DNA of 64,000 nt from a virus, in IMG/VR virus record IMGVR_UViG_3300045988_115074, positions 173,303-237,302 of that record; one strand, given 5' to 3'. A model generated the notes under the pieces. The model saw only the letters and a list, made by a program, of their open reading frames with translations, searched no databases and was not told the DNA's origin. Below, in pieces: positions 45,189-55,142 of this stretch. How positions within the stretch are numbered: position 1 is the first letter of the stretch; every line of letters begins with the position of its first letter. The position numbers and the translations under genes were made by a program.

Positions 45189-47531
45189 ATGATTATTGGT
45201 TATAATAATATATTACAAACTAAGTACGAGAAACATTTTCACAGAAGACAAGACTCTAGAAGTTACTTGAACGAACAATTTAGATTAAATGTAGACACCG
45301 TATACGATAAAGAAACTGATGACTTTATCATGAAATTTGTCGATGAAAGTATGCCTATTATAGATACAGTAGCAAAACAGATAGAATATGGTAAGAGAAT
45401 ATCTAAAGAAATCTTACCTAAAGTACTAAGACATTATTTAAATAGCTATATCTTTAGATTAAATGATTTTAATATTTACAGAAATGATGATTTGAACTTT
45501 GAACGTAATAGGGATATTATTTCTATTCGTGATCAAATCTACGAACCACTTGTTTATAAAAGCACTGGTATAATAGGTGCAGGTAGTAATGCACCCTATG
45601 CACCAATTGGGTTCTTTGGATATAATTTTGCTGATTATAAAATTAAAGAAGAAGCCATTGATCAAGGTAGAATGACAGACTCTGAAAAACTAAAACCAAG
45701 TTATCGAGATGCTGTTAAAGAGTTTGGTTTTAGAGTTAACTCTATGTTATTTCCAATTAATGAACAATTTAAACAAGATTTAAATTCTTATAAGAATCGA
45801 CTAGAAGCCAATAAAACTAAACCAGCTATAGAATATACTCCTGAGTTCTTTGATTTAGTTAAACTACTAAATACCAATAGTGCCATTAATAATGAATATT
45901 GTAAGTCAGAAAGAACCATGCCTGATGGTATTATTGATAATATGGATGATTTAGTGGTTACTTGTAATCCTATTGTTTATTTTAGTTATTTTGACATTCT
46001 CAAAATGTCTTATAATCAGTTTAAAAATAAGATATTAGAACAAGCTAAGAAGTTTAAAAATAGAAATCCTAAAGTAGTTGAGTCTGAAGTAGATACAAGA
46101 CTAGCTCGTCCTGATAAAATCGCTAATAGAGATAATATATTAGTGGATTATGTTCCTAATAATATTTATATTAGAAAGAACAATGGTTGGAATGAACTTA
46201 ATATCGCATTCTGTAAATTAGCTGTTTATGTATCTAGTACTTATTTAGCATGGTATGGTTTTGGTACAGCTGACGCTGATGTACAAAGGTCTGTAGAAAA
46301 TAGAATATTTATTAATCAAGTGAATAAATTAAAAGAATTAATTAGAAATTTTATTACTATTAGAAAACGTACTTCTAGTTATTTAGCTAGTTCTAGTGAT
46401 AGTTATCCCAATCCTTGGTTTAAAGCAGTAGACTATACTAATCCAAGTGCAGGACATCGTATAAATACAGATAATGTAATTACGAATAAAGACATTGGCG
46501 AATATATCTTTAATTCATTAAGTCGAAAGATTAGTAATTTAGTATCTCTAACACCTACTGCACCTGATGGTAGTATTTTCCTTCCAATATTTTACTGCGG
46601 TAATGAGTTAAATGAAAATCAAGTAAGATTAATGGATAATGGTATGAATGATTATAATTTTACCTTATTGTCTAAAGAATTATATTACTATAGCGGTGAT
46701 AGTTTAAATGTAGCTAATAGAGACATACGACCAGAATCAATAAGTCAGGATAAATTTAATAATAGGTTTCATGTCGAATATGGTTTTGTAGAAGAGCCAG
46801 GGTATATGACAAGTATTTGGAACTGGAATGAACCAGTAAAAGGTGAATATCTAGAATCATTTGATGAAGAAATTTATGGTTTTAGAAATGGTTATACTTG
46901 GTTTATGCGTGAATTTAACATGCGTTATTCTGTAGAGCAACATAAGTACAAAACATTACTTAATGCAATGTTTGATATTGTTAAAATGTCTGCTTTGAAT
47001 AATTTACACTATGGTGTATTAAAAGGAAATGCATTAAAACAATTAAAGACCAAACTCAATATTACACAAGACGATGAGTTTAAAGTATTTTACATATTAA
47101 CTAAAACCATGGATAAGAATGGAAATACACATAATATTCCATTGTCTGATTTCTATAATCTTATAACAGATGATAAGTATACTGAACACAGGTATAAAAA
47201 TAAAGTATCTGATAAAAATGCTTTGATGTTTAGAGGTGAGAATTGGCGCAATAAACTTTCTTATGCTGATTACATGACTGATTTAAGAAAGAAAGTAGAA
47301 GCCTTACCAGACCATGTAATTGATAGAGAGAGTATTGAGTTAATTGTTAAATATGTATTTTTCTCAGTATTACACAACATATGTACATCTGAAAGTGAAT
47401 CTACCCTACCAGATAAAATCATTACTACAGATACAGTCGATGAAGCTTTAGATAAATACTATCGAGCTAATCTATTAGAAAATATTTATACTTGGACAGG
47501 TAATTTGGATTTATCTTATAAGTATATTTAG
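45189..47531 (+). CDS. hypothetical protein (780 aa)
   Basis: ORF track; AAAGGAATATAAAATG box. Confidence 0.8.
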   Translation: MIIGYNNILQTKYEKHFHRRQDSRSYLNEQFRLNVDTVYDKETDDFIMKFVDESMPIIDTVAKQIEYGKRISKEILPKVLRHYLNSYIFRLNDFNIYRNDDLNFERNRDIISIRDQIYEPLVYKSTGIIGAGSNAPYAPIGFFGYNFADYKIKEEAIDQGRMTDSEKLKPSYRDAVKEFGFRVNSMLFPINEQFKQDLNSYKNRLEANKTKPAIEYTPEFFDLVKLLNTNSAINNEYCKSERTMPDGIIDNMDDLVVTCNPIVYFSYFDILKMSYNQFKNKILEQAKKFKNRNPKVVESEVDTRLARPDKIANRDNILVDYVPNNIYIRKNNGWNELNIAFCKLAVYVSSTYLAWYGFGTADADVQRSVENRIFINQVNKLKELIRNFITIRKRTSSYLASSSDSYPNPWFKAVDYTNPSAGHRINTDNVITNKDIGEYIFNSLSRKISNLVSLTPTAPDGSIFLPIFYCGNELNENQVRLMDNGMNDYNFTLLSKELYYYSGDSLNVANRDIRPESISQDKFNNRFHVEYGFVEEPGYMTSIWNWNEPVKGEYLESFDEEIYGFRNGYTWFMREFNMRYSVEQHKYKTLLNAMFDIVKMSALNNLHYGVLKGNALKQLKTKLNITQDDEFKVFYILTKTMDKNGNTHNIPLSDFYNLITDDKYTEHRYKNKVSDKNALMFRGENWRNKLSYADYMTDLRKKVEALPDHVIDRESIELIVKYVFFSVLHNICTSESESTLPDKIITTDTVDEALDKYYRANLLENIYTWTGNLDLSYKYI

Positions 47532-47545
47532 AAAAGGATATTAAA

Positions 47546-47638
47546 TTGGAACACGGTATAATGTTTAATTTCATTCTTAGTATTCTATTGGTGTTAGCAA
47601 TAGGCATAATTTGGACACTAATATGTAAACTACCATAA
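47546..47638 (+). CDS. micro-ORF, hydrophobic peptide (TTG start, or ATG at 47561)
   Basis: AAGGA 6 nt before the TTG; ..MFNFILSILLVLAIGIIWTLICKLP. Confidence 0.4.
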   Translation: MEHGIMFNFILSILLVLAIGIIWTLICKLP

Positions 47639-47648
47639 GGAATAAAAA

Positions 47649-47741
47649 ATGGAATTGATAGCAAATATTACGTTAGTATCTTCACTGGTACTGACTTTTG
47701 TAGCATTTATCGCTACATGCGTTGTTGATTTTCAAAATTAA
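47649..47741 (+). CDS. micro-ORF, 30-aa hydrophobic peptide
   Basis: AAGGA SD; MELIANITLVSSLVLTFVAFIATCVVDFQN. Confidence 0.4.
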   Translation: MELIANITLVSSLVLTFVAFIATCVVDFQN

Positions 47742-47751
47742 TATAACTAAT

Positions 47752-47781
47752 AAAGAGATATGGTGTAACCCATATCTCTTT
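47752..47781 (+). terminator. hairpin AAAGAGATATGG-N6-CCATATCTCTTT
   Basis: Read directly. Confidence 0.65.
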
Positions 47782-47810
47782 ATTTTAATTTAACATATAA
47801 GGAGCACGAA

Positions 47811-48935
47811 ATGATTTGCAAAGAAATTAAGCATACAAAAGATTCTACCAATATACTGGTAGACTTATTGAATAGTTCAAAAGTAATTACCAAAATTAGA
47901 GAAAATTACTTACAAGAATATAATAGTTACTTGAAGTTAGCTGAAGCACCAAATTACCCTGGAGTATACCATATAGAGATGTATCGTGATTATATTGACG
48001 AAACCATTAAAACTAAACTCTCTAGAATATTCTCTTTCATTAAACCAAGTGTCTATAGAAAATATCTCAATATGGTTAATATTGGTTTAAGTGAATTAAC
48101 CAAGTATTTAACCCTGTATGGCGAGGAACTGGAACAATTTAGAGAAGAAATATTATTAAACTTAGGATTTCTATTAATCTTAGAAATGGATTTTGATAAT
48201 CCATTATCATTACGCGATACAGTTATAAATAATCATTTTGATGAAGTTGCAGAGTTTAAATTAAACTGTTTGTTATATTGTCTTTTAAATAGGGATGGAG
48301 CACCTAAAGATAAGCTAGTTACCTTATTAGATAATCTTACAAATAAAGATGCATTACCTAAAGAGAACGATGGTAAGTATGCTATTAGAGATTTATTTGG
48401 ACTAGATTTCTTTGATGTAATAAAATTCGCAGGTAAATATAAATTAAAATTTTATGTTACAAATATTGTAGATAATAAATTAAGTTGTAAGTTTATTCTA
48501 TCTAAATATACTTTTTCAAATAAAGAAAAAGCATTTGAAATTGAATTAGATTTAAATAGTAATAAAGAAACTATTTTTCTTAATCAGTTGAAAATTATAG
48601 CTAAAGATAAAAGGAAACTTGATTACAAATTACAAAAACTTAATCCTAAATTAGGTGTTATTAACGAGGATTATCACTTAGATACAGATATTAGGAATCT
48701 AAGAGACCGACATAATCCTAGACCCTATATTGAGTTTGATATGGGTAATAATTGGTTTATCAGAGTAAATGATTTTACTGATCCTAAGCTATATTGTATT
48801 CAAGATAACAATATAGAAACAACTGAAGTAAAGGAAGATGGAGTTATTTATACCATTATTAAATTCTTGGATAACAGTCGAGAAATTAAACTAATGTGTA
48901 GAATGGCTGATATTCCTTTCTTAAATATCAAATAA
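47811..48935 (+). CDS. hypothetical protein (374 aa)
   Basis: ORF track; AAGGAG SD. Confidence 0.75.
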   Translation: MICKEIKHTKDSTNILVDLLNSSKVITKIRENYLQEYNSYLKLAEAPNYPGVYHIEMYRDYIDETIKTKLSRIFSFIKPSVYRKYLNMVNIGLSELTKYLTLYGEELEQFREEILLNLGFLLILEMDFDNPLSLRDTVINNHFDEVAEFKLNCLLYCLLNRDGAPKDKLVTLLDNLTNKDALPKENDGKYAIRDLFGLDFFDVIKFAGKYKLKFYVTNIVDNKLSCKFILSKYTFSNKEKAFEIELDLNSNKETIFLNQLKIIAKDKRKLDYKLQKLNPKLGVINEDYHLDTDIRNLRDRHNPRPYIEFDMGNNWFIRVNDFTDPKLYCIQDNNIETTEVKEDGVIYTIIKFLDNSREIKLMCRMADIPFLNIK

Positions 48936-48949
48936 ATATATACTATTAC

Positions 48950-48977
48950 AGTGAGAGATATGTAAATATCTCTCACT
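48950..48977 (+). terminator. hairpin AGTGAGAGATA-N6-TATCTCTCACT
   Basis: Read directly. Confidence 0.65.
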
Positions 48978-49007
48978 ATTTCTTAACTCTTATAAAGGAA
49001 ACTCAAA

Positions 49008-50033
49008 ATGATTATTCTTACAAAACAACGCGATGAAATGATTGAAATCATTAAAGAAATGTACAATGAGATTTTTAAAGATTATAAAAAGATTTCAGAT
49101 TCTAAAGAATTTAAATTAGAATTTGATTACTATTTTAAAGACTGTATTCGTATTTACATTAGTAAATTAACAGAGAAAACTGGTTTATTTACTAGTGAAA
49201 TAGGTGTATTTAGTACCAAATCTAAATACGAACATTTTGCATATACCCAAGTAGGAATGGATTTATTAAATTCATTTGATAAACTAAGTATTGAGAATTT
49301 CGATTACGAAGTATTCAGAAAAGTATTTGTATATGCTATCTGTTTATATCGTGAATATCAAGGTTCTGCCAGAGAAGATATTGTAGATGCTCTATTATAC
49401 GAAGGCGATAAGCTAGAACGCTTAGAATATTACAAGAAGTTCGTTAATATTTGTACTATGTTCTATCTCACTACCATAGAGTTTAAACTAGCTAATGTTG
49501 ACGATATTGATAGTAATAGTGGGTATAAACTTAAGAACCTATTTAAAGCATACGTCCCTTCTGATTTAGGTGAATTTATCAAATTAGGTATAGATACAGA
49601 AGACTATAAAACATTCACATTTACTATCGATACTATTAAAGGTGATTGTACATTTGGTTTATCTTTCCAAGCTAAAGGAGATGATAAAATTAAACATATT
49701 CTAATGTCGATGGTAAATAAACAAATCAAATGGGTAGAAGAAGGTATTACTAATACATTAATTGGTTTCGATACTAATGTACGTGACTTCTTACTAAATG
49801 ATAATGAGAGAGCACTTACTATCAAATACAGTAAGAAAAAACACGGTATAGAAATTACCTTTAATCACTCGAATGGTGCGGTGTATTATTTTATCCCATC
49901 TAATCTTATAAAAGCATACAGTGAGAAAGAAAATACTTTCCCAGGTGGTTTACCTCGTACTACTGTCGAATTAAAAGACGAAGGTATAATTGAATTACCG
50001 TGTACTGTATACGAATTAGCTCTTGCTGATTAA
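49008..50033 (+). CDS. hypothetical protein (341 aa)
   Basis: ORF track; CTTATAAAGGAAACTCAAAATG box. Confidence 0.75.
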   Translation: MIILTKQRDEMIEIIKEMYNEIFKDYKKISDSKEFKLEFDYYFKDCIRIYISKLTEKTGLFTSEIGVFSTKSKYEHFAYTQVGMDLLNSFDKLSIENFDYEVFRKVFVYAICLYREYQGSAREDIVDALLYEGDKLERLEYYKKFVNICTMFYLTTIEFKLANVDDIDSNSGYKLKNLFKAYVPSDLGEFIKLGIDTEDYKTFTFTIDTIKGDCTFGLSFQAKGDDKIKHILMSMVNKQIKWVEEGITNTLIGFDTNVRDFLLNDNERALTIKYSKKKHGIEITFNHSNGAVYYFIPSNLIKAYSEKENTFPGGLPRTTVELKDEGIIELPCTVYELALAD

Positions 50034-50066
50034 AAATATAGTAGTTGAAAATATTATGGATTAAGT

Positions 50067-50096
50067 GAGTATACACTGGATTAATCCAGTGTATAC
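50067..50096 (+). terminator. hairpin AGTATACACTGGATT/AATCCAGTGTATACT
   Basis: Read directly. Confidence 0.65.
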
Positions 50097-50131
50097 TTAT
50101 CTTTTATTTTTTACTTAATAGGAGTTCAGAA

Positions 50132-51256
50132 ATGGAAAATACTTTCTTAGAAAAATTAAATAATACTAAGTTATTCAAACTTATGTCAATTGAGAAAAGT
50201 ATAGTAGAAGGTAAATTGGTTGAATTTACAGAATCTGATATATCAGACTACAATACTAAAATGCTACATGAATTAAAAGATTTAGTCGAGTATTTAAATG
50301 CAAATACCGACCCTAATCAAGATGTTGAATCAGACATCGTTATTGAGGAAAACCCAGGTTTTAATATTCCTACAGTTAAAGTAAATAAATTACTAGGTAA
50401 AGAAAACGAATTTACTTATACAGATGATTATCTTCTTGAAGTAGGTGATGTATTTGGTGAATTCTCTGGTATTTTTATTTTTATTAAAGAATTAGAGAGC
50501 CTAGAATATTCTATTCGTGATTTATATCGTAATGGGATTTCTAAAAAGATTAAAGCACTTTTAAAATGGACAGCTAACAATATCGTTTTCTCTATTGCTA
50601 ATACAACTTGCAAAACATGGAGTAAAATAATCAGATATAACTTAGATAATAATCAACTAAGTAATATTGGTCAATTATTGGGTGTGAGTAATCTTAAATC
50701 TAGTAGGATAGATTACTATTTAAAGAAAGATTCTAATTACCATAAACTTAATACCAGTTGTAAACAAGAGAGTTTTGTATGTTTAGGTGATTACATTTTA
50801 AAAATTAATTCCGATGAGATTTCGTCTTATTTGAATAATGCTTCTAGATTAGGTTTTAATAAATCGGAGTCAGAGTATTTTTATACAATGGAATCTGATT
50901 TAAGAGAACTAATGAAATTTGTAGATAAAGTAGTTATCAATAACATTATACCAGTTACATTGTTAGGCGATCCAATTGACAGATATAATGGCTCACTCAA
51001 AACAACAACAATCTATGGTAATTCTGGTCGAACTTTACAAGTAAATACATCAAAAACGCTTTCTCTGATAGATGAAGTAGTATTTATTAAGAAATCTAAT
51101 GTCCTTGGGTTTACGTATTATAAAACAGGGATAGACTATACTAATAGGATTAGACTTATCCCTGAGGTAGCTATTAAATATCTAGTCGGTAATGAAACCA
51201 TTAACATTAGATTAAATATCCAACCAAATACAATTAGAGACTTTTTACTTGGTTAA
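50132..51256 (+). CDS. hypothetical protein (374 aa)
   Basis: ORF track; AGGAG SD. Confidence 0.75.
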   Translation: MENTFLEKLNNTKLFKLMSIEKSIVEGKLVEFTESDISDYNTKMLHELKDLVEYLNANTDPNQDVESDIVIEENPGFNIPTVKVNKLLGKENEFTYTDDYLLEVGDVFGEFSGIFIFIKELESLEYSIRDLYRNGISKKIKALLKWTANNIVFSIANTTCKTWSKIIRYNLDNNQLSNIGQLLGVSNLKSSRIDYYLKKDSNYHKLNTSCKQESFVCLGDYILKINSDEISSYLNNASRLGFNKSESEYFYTMESDLRELMKFVDKVVINNIIPVTLLGDPIDRYNGSLKTTTIYGNSGRTLQVNTSKTLSLIDEVVFIKKSNVLGFTYYKTGIDYTNRIRLIPEVAIKYLVGNETINIRLNIQPNTIRDFLLG

Positions 51257-51275
51257 ACAACGAAAGGAAGACATA

Positions 51276-52058
51276 ATGAATTATCTAAATAACATATATT
51301 TAGAACCATCAGATGCATCTAAATATAAAATAATGGATAGTTATTACACAGGAATGACTAATAATATTTTAGAGAAACTAAGAGAACAACCGTATAATTT
51401 AAAAATAGACCAATCTCCATATGCGGAAGATTTGAATAAAATCAAGTATTCTTTTATTATACCTGGGTTAGATGAAGTAATTGAAGGTGATTATTTAATT
51501 AGTAATAAGTTAGCATTTAATTCCAAACTTGGTAATCTATTGTCTAAGATACATTTTAATAATTTGTTATCTACTGATTTGATGAAAAGATTACGTAAAG
51601 TAAAAAACGATATTATTTTATCAAGTAATATGGAAGCTATCTATAATACTACAATACTAATGGATTTAGTAGAGAAAGTTCATGTTAGCGAATATATTCC
51701 TCCATCGGATGATTATTCTATATACATGGGTTTTATTCATCAGATGGCATTCTTACAGGAATTTGATACAAGTAATCTTATTGATATATGTAAAGTATCT
51801 GGTTATAAATACAAACCACCAATGGTGAGAGTAAGTGATTTAAAGTTTAGTCCACCTAAGGTACTTTACAATTTAGATGAAAATAAAATTGAAAAAGTAA
51901 TACCTAGTAAGTATATTACTATATTTTTAAAAGATGATAAGTCTGATAATAAAATTAGCTTCTATTTAACTACTACAGAATTCCCAGATGGGGTATATAA
52001 AAACATAGAAGTTAAAAAAGGTCGCATTACAGCTAAACATAGTTGTATTTTTAAATAA
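51276..52058 (+). CDS. hypothetical protein (260 aa)
   Basis: ORF track frame 51249..52058; the ATG at 51276 is preferred (AAAGGAAG SD). Confidence 0.7.
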   Translation: MNYLNNIYLEPSDASKYKIMDSYYTGMTNNILEKLREQPYNLKIDQSPYAEDLNKIKYSFIIPGLDEVIEGDYLISNKLAFNSKLGNLLSKIHFNNLLSTDLMKRLRKVKNDIILSSNMEAIYNTTILMDLVEKVHVSEYIPPSDDYSIYMGFIHQMAFLQEFDTSNLIDICKVSGYKYKPPMVRVSDLKFSPPKVLYNLDENKIEKVIPSKYITIFLKDDKSDNKISFYLTTTEFPDGVYKNIEVKKGRITAKHSCIFK

Positions 52059-52078
52059 ACAAATTAAAGGAAACTGCA

Positions 52079-52408
52079 ATGGGTACAGAAATAGATAGAT
52101 TTACAGATTTAGAGTCAAGTCTACTGACCCAGTTAAAAAACACTGAGTCTGAATATGCTACTTATAAATTCATATGGGAAAATTGTTTAATTAACGTTGA
52201 GAATTGTAGAAAAGAATACTTCTCAAAGAAACCAAGAGACCCAGAATATAAGAAAGTATTTCTTAAATCACTGGAAGAAGAACAAAGAGCCAGAGACAAA
52301 TTTGATCAGTCATATACAAAAATTGTTACGATTAGACTTAAACTAAGTGAAGTTAGAGAAGTATTAGATCGTAAAAGAAATCATCAATCCATTTTAAGGA
52401 GGATTTAA
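52079..52408 (+). CDS. hypothetical protein (109 aa)
   Basis: ORF track; AAAGGAAACTGCAATG box. Confidence 0.7.
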   Translation: MGTEIDRFTDLESSLLTQLKNTESEYATYKFIWENCLINVENCRKEYFSKKPRDPEYKKVFLKSLEEEQRARDKFDQSYTKIVTIRLKLSEVREVLDRKRNHQSILRRI

Positions 52409-52409
52409 C

Positions 52410-52490
52410 ATGGGTACAGTAGTAGAAGAAGTATTGCCTCGTTTTGGCGAAGAAGCCGAACAAAATCAACAGCAAGATAGTGAGGAATAA
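52410..52490 (+). CDS. micro-ORF, 26-aa acidic peptide directly upstream of nrdB
   Basis: Strong AAGGAGG SD 7 nt before the ATG; MGTVVEEVLPRFGEEAEQNQQQDSEE. Confidence 0.4.
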   Translation: MGTVVEEVLPRFGEEAEQNQQQDSEE

Positions 52491-52493
52491 ATA

Positions 52494-53240
52494 ATGAGTG
52501 AACAAGTAAAACATCAATATTCGGTATTTGATAAGACTCTCAACGATGCTACTAAGGAAGCAATGTTCTTAGGCCAACCAGTAAACGTGCAACGTTACGA
52601 CCAATCCAAATATCAAATTTTCAATGATTTGACAGAGAAGCAAAAATCATTCTTCTGGCGTCCCGAAGAAGTAGATGTATCTCGAGATAGAATGGATTTT
52701 GCTAATCTTCCAGAACATGAGAGACATATTTTCTTAAGTAATTTAAAATATCAAATTTTGATGGATTCGGTGCAAGGCCGCGCGCCAGCTATTGCATTTC
52801 TACCAGTCATTTCTATTCCTGAATTAGAACACTGGACAGTATGGTGGACCAGTATAGAAGCTCTGCATTCTTTCTCTTATACCCATATTATCCGAAATGT
52901 GGTTAACGACCCAAGTGAAGTATTTGATGACATCGTAGTCAATGAAGCTATTTTGAAACGAGCTGATGAAATTTCGAAATATTACGATGACTTACTTGAA
53001 CTTCAGAAGTACTACGATCTTTTGGGTGAAGGTGAGTTTGAAATTAAGAATAAGAAAACAGGCGAAGTAAAAGAAATCATCGTTAGTAAAAAAGAACTAA
53101 TGAAGAAAATCTATCTTTGCATGTTCTCTGTAAATGCATTAGAAGCTATTCGTTTTTATATCTCATTTGCCTGCTCATTCGGATTTGCCGAACGAAAACT
53201 CATGGAAGGTAATGCCAAAATCATTAAATTCATTTCCCGT
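52494..53240 (+). CDS. nrdB: ribonucleotide reductase class Ia beta subunit, exon 1
   Basis: Very close to E. coli NrdB ([63 protein letters not shown]); ends ..[10 protein letters not shown] just before the RDEALH iron-ligand motif. Confidence 0.9.
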
Positions 53241-53550
53241 AAACTTCATTGCGGCTTCTACCAGTGATGGTAGTCGAATAACTCTGTTAAACGGGGAAAC
53301 TCTATTATAGACAATCCCGTAGTAAAGACGTTTAAATTATGTAGTTTTATTTAAACTGACAAACTCTAACGACTATCGAAATCCTAATATTTTATTAGAG
53401 AGAGTAGAGTAGTGGACAATTGTTTAGTCCGCCAAACGCAGAGGGTCTATTTTAATAAATAGATCGTGATATAGTCTGACCCCAATAGTGATATTGGGCG
53501 GGTGTCTTAAGCACACCGGCTACGATTAACGACCGTAGTGGACAGCTTCG
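53241..53550 (+). mobile_element. ORF-less group I intron in nrdB
   Basis: 310 nt; follows an exon U (CGT|) and ends ..GCTTCG|; R element CTCTAACGACTATCGAAAT, GAGTAGAGTAGTGGAC, S element GTGATATAGTCTGACC; removing it restores [14 protein letters not shown] in frame. Confidence 0.85.
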
Positions 53551-53970
53551 GATGAAGCACTTCACTTAACTGTAACACAACATATTATCAACATCTTGAA
53601 ATCAGGCAAAGAAGGCCAACTCTGGAAAGAAGTAACAGAAGAATGTGAAGCAGAAACTTACGATATCTTTAAAACAGTAGTAGACCAAGAAAAAGAATGG
53701 TGTAAATACTTGTTTAAAGATGGTAGTATGATTGGTTTGAATGAAGCTATTTTGAATCAATATCTGGAGTACATTGCTAATGCACGTATGCGTGCTATTG
53801 GTATGGAACCATTCTTCCCAGAAGTAAAAAGTAATCCTATCCCATGGATTAACGCATGGTTGACTTCTGATAATGTCCAAGTAGCACCACAAGAGGTAGA
53901 GATCTCATCCTACCTTGTTAGCCAAGTGGACACTCAAATCCAAGATGGTGATTTAGATATGGAACTTTAA
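53551..53970 (+). CDS. nrdB: ribonucleotide reductase beta subunit, exon 2
   Basis: [52 protein letters not shown] matches the E. coli NrdB C-terminal half. Confidence 0.9.
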   Translation, partial: DEALHLTVTQHIINILKSGKEGQLWKEVTEECEAETYDIFKTVVDQEKEWCKYLFKDGSMIGLNEAILNQYLEYIANARMRAIGMEPFFPEVKSNPIPWINAWLTSDNVQVAPQEVEISSYLVSQVDTQIQDGDLDMEL

Positions 53971-53978
53971 TGTAAGGT

Positions 53979-54014
53979 AATTAAGATAGAGGGAATATTC
54001 CCTCTATCTTAATT
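53979..54014 (+). terminator. hairpin AATTAAGATAGAGGG-N6-CCCTCTATCTTAATT
   Basis: Read directly. Confidence 0.7.
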
Positions 54015-54107
54015 TTTATTAGTTATATATTATTTAAATGAGTAGTGAAAGAAGACTACTTTAAATAAACTTCTTATTTTTATATTTAACCGAAAAGGAA
54101 ATTTAAA

Positions 54108-55031
54108 ATGGCTAAAACTACTAAAGAGTTAGGTTATAAACGTATCGCTATTGTGTTATCAGAAATCACAAGAAGAAAAGCCATAGCATCAACGCTATAT
54201 GATAATTACATCCATAAAGATGAATTACCAAAGATCGTGGTTAGAATTAATGGTACACCGGTATTGAGTACTCTTAGCAAACTGGCAATAGATTGGATTA
54301 ACTATTTAAACCAAGTATCAGAAAATAAAGATTGGGTAGAAACTGTAGATAAGATTTTCAAAAAGCAGAGCATTACTTACATTCCTTTATTCTTCTGGTA
54401 TATTCAGAATCCAAGTAAAATCCATCCTCAATACTACGATGATGTAGTTGCTTTTAAGGATTTCTTACGTAGTTTTTACGAGATTGAAACAAAAGAAGAA
54501 TTCATTGTATTCTTAAATAATGTTTTCAGAGAAACTTATAATTACACAATGAAGTCGCTCCATTCTAGTAAAGGCATTAGTGACAGAGCACGTCTTAAAA
54601 ATATCCCAGTTGAAGATGTAGATGATTTTAACCATTTCTTCTATAGTGAAGATATAGATGCATTAAATAAAGAAGTACCTGTGTATTACTATACAGAACA
54701 TTTAGGTGATATTGATAAATTTATTCATTTACCTGAAGAAGAGTTAAGTAAGCACAAGATTGGTGTATCTAATGGTTTTGTTTCAATGACTGTGGTTCGA
54801 GATGATGTGTTTATAGGAGCTAAATTTAAACCAGATACAGAGAGTTTAGCGTACTTGATTTTCAAGAATCATTACAACGAGCTTGAAAAGCTTGGTAAAG
54901 TTAAACTGTATTCTAAGAAGGATACTACACTATTTACCCACAAAGACAACGTTGTGGTACTCACTCCAATTTTTGAAACCAAAGAAGGTAAAAAGGTTTT
55001 GAAAATGTTGTTGTTTAAATTGGTAGTATAA
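54108..55031 (+). CDS. hypothetical protein, paralog family A member 1 (307 aa)
   Basis: ORF track; shares blocks with 55143, 59997 and 60887 (W-I/L-x-x-L, F-x-x-F/Y-Y-x-x-E/D.....F, L-x-P-I/V-F/Y near the C-terminus). Confidence 0.8.
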   Translation: MAKTTKELGYKRIAIVLSEITRRKAIASTLYDNYIHKDELPKIVVRINGTPVLSTLSKLAIDWINYLNQVSENKDWVETVDKIFKKQSITYIPLFFWYIQNPSKIHPQYYDDVVAFKDFLRSFYEIETKEEFIVFLNNVFRETYNYTMKSLHSSKGISDRARLKNIPVEDVDDFNHFFYSEDIDALNKEVPVYYYTEHLGDIDKFIHLPEEELSKHKIGVSNGFVSMTVVRDDVFIGAKFKPDTESLAYLIFKNHYNELEKLGKVKLYSKKDTTLFTHKDNVVVLTPIFETKEGKKVLKMLLFKLVV

Positions 55032-55041
55032 TACGCAATAC

Positions 55042-55074
55042 AATTAGGATAGGGAAAATATCCCTATCCTAATT
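55042..55074 (+). terminator. hairpin AATTAGGATAGGGA-N5-TCCCTATCCTAATT
   Basis: Read directly. Confidence 0.7.
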
Positions 55075-55142
55075 AAAGTAGGTAACGAGCTACTATAAAA
55101 AATCGTTAGTATATTTAATTTATTTTTGAAAAGGACTTTAAG

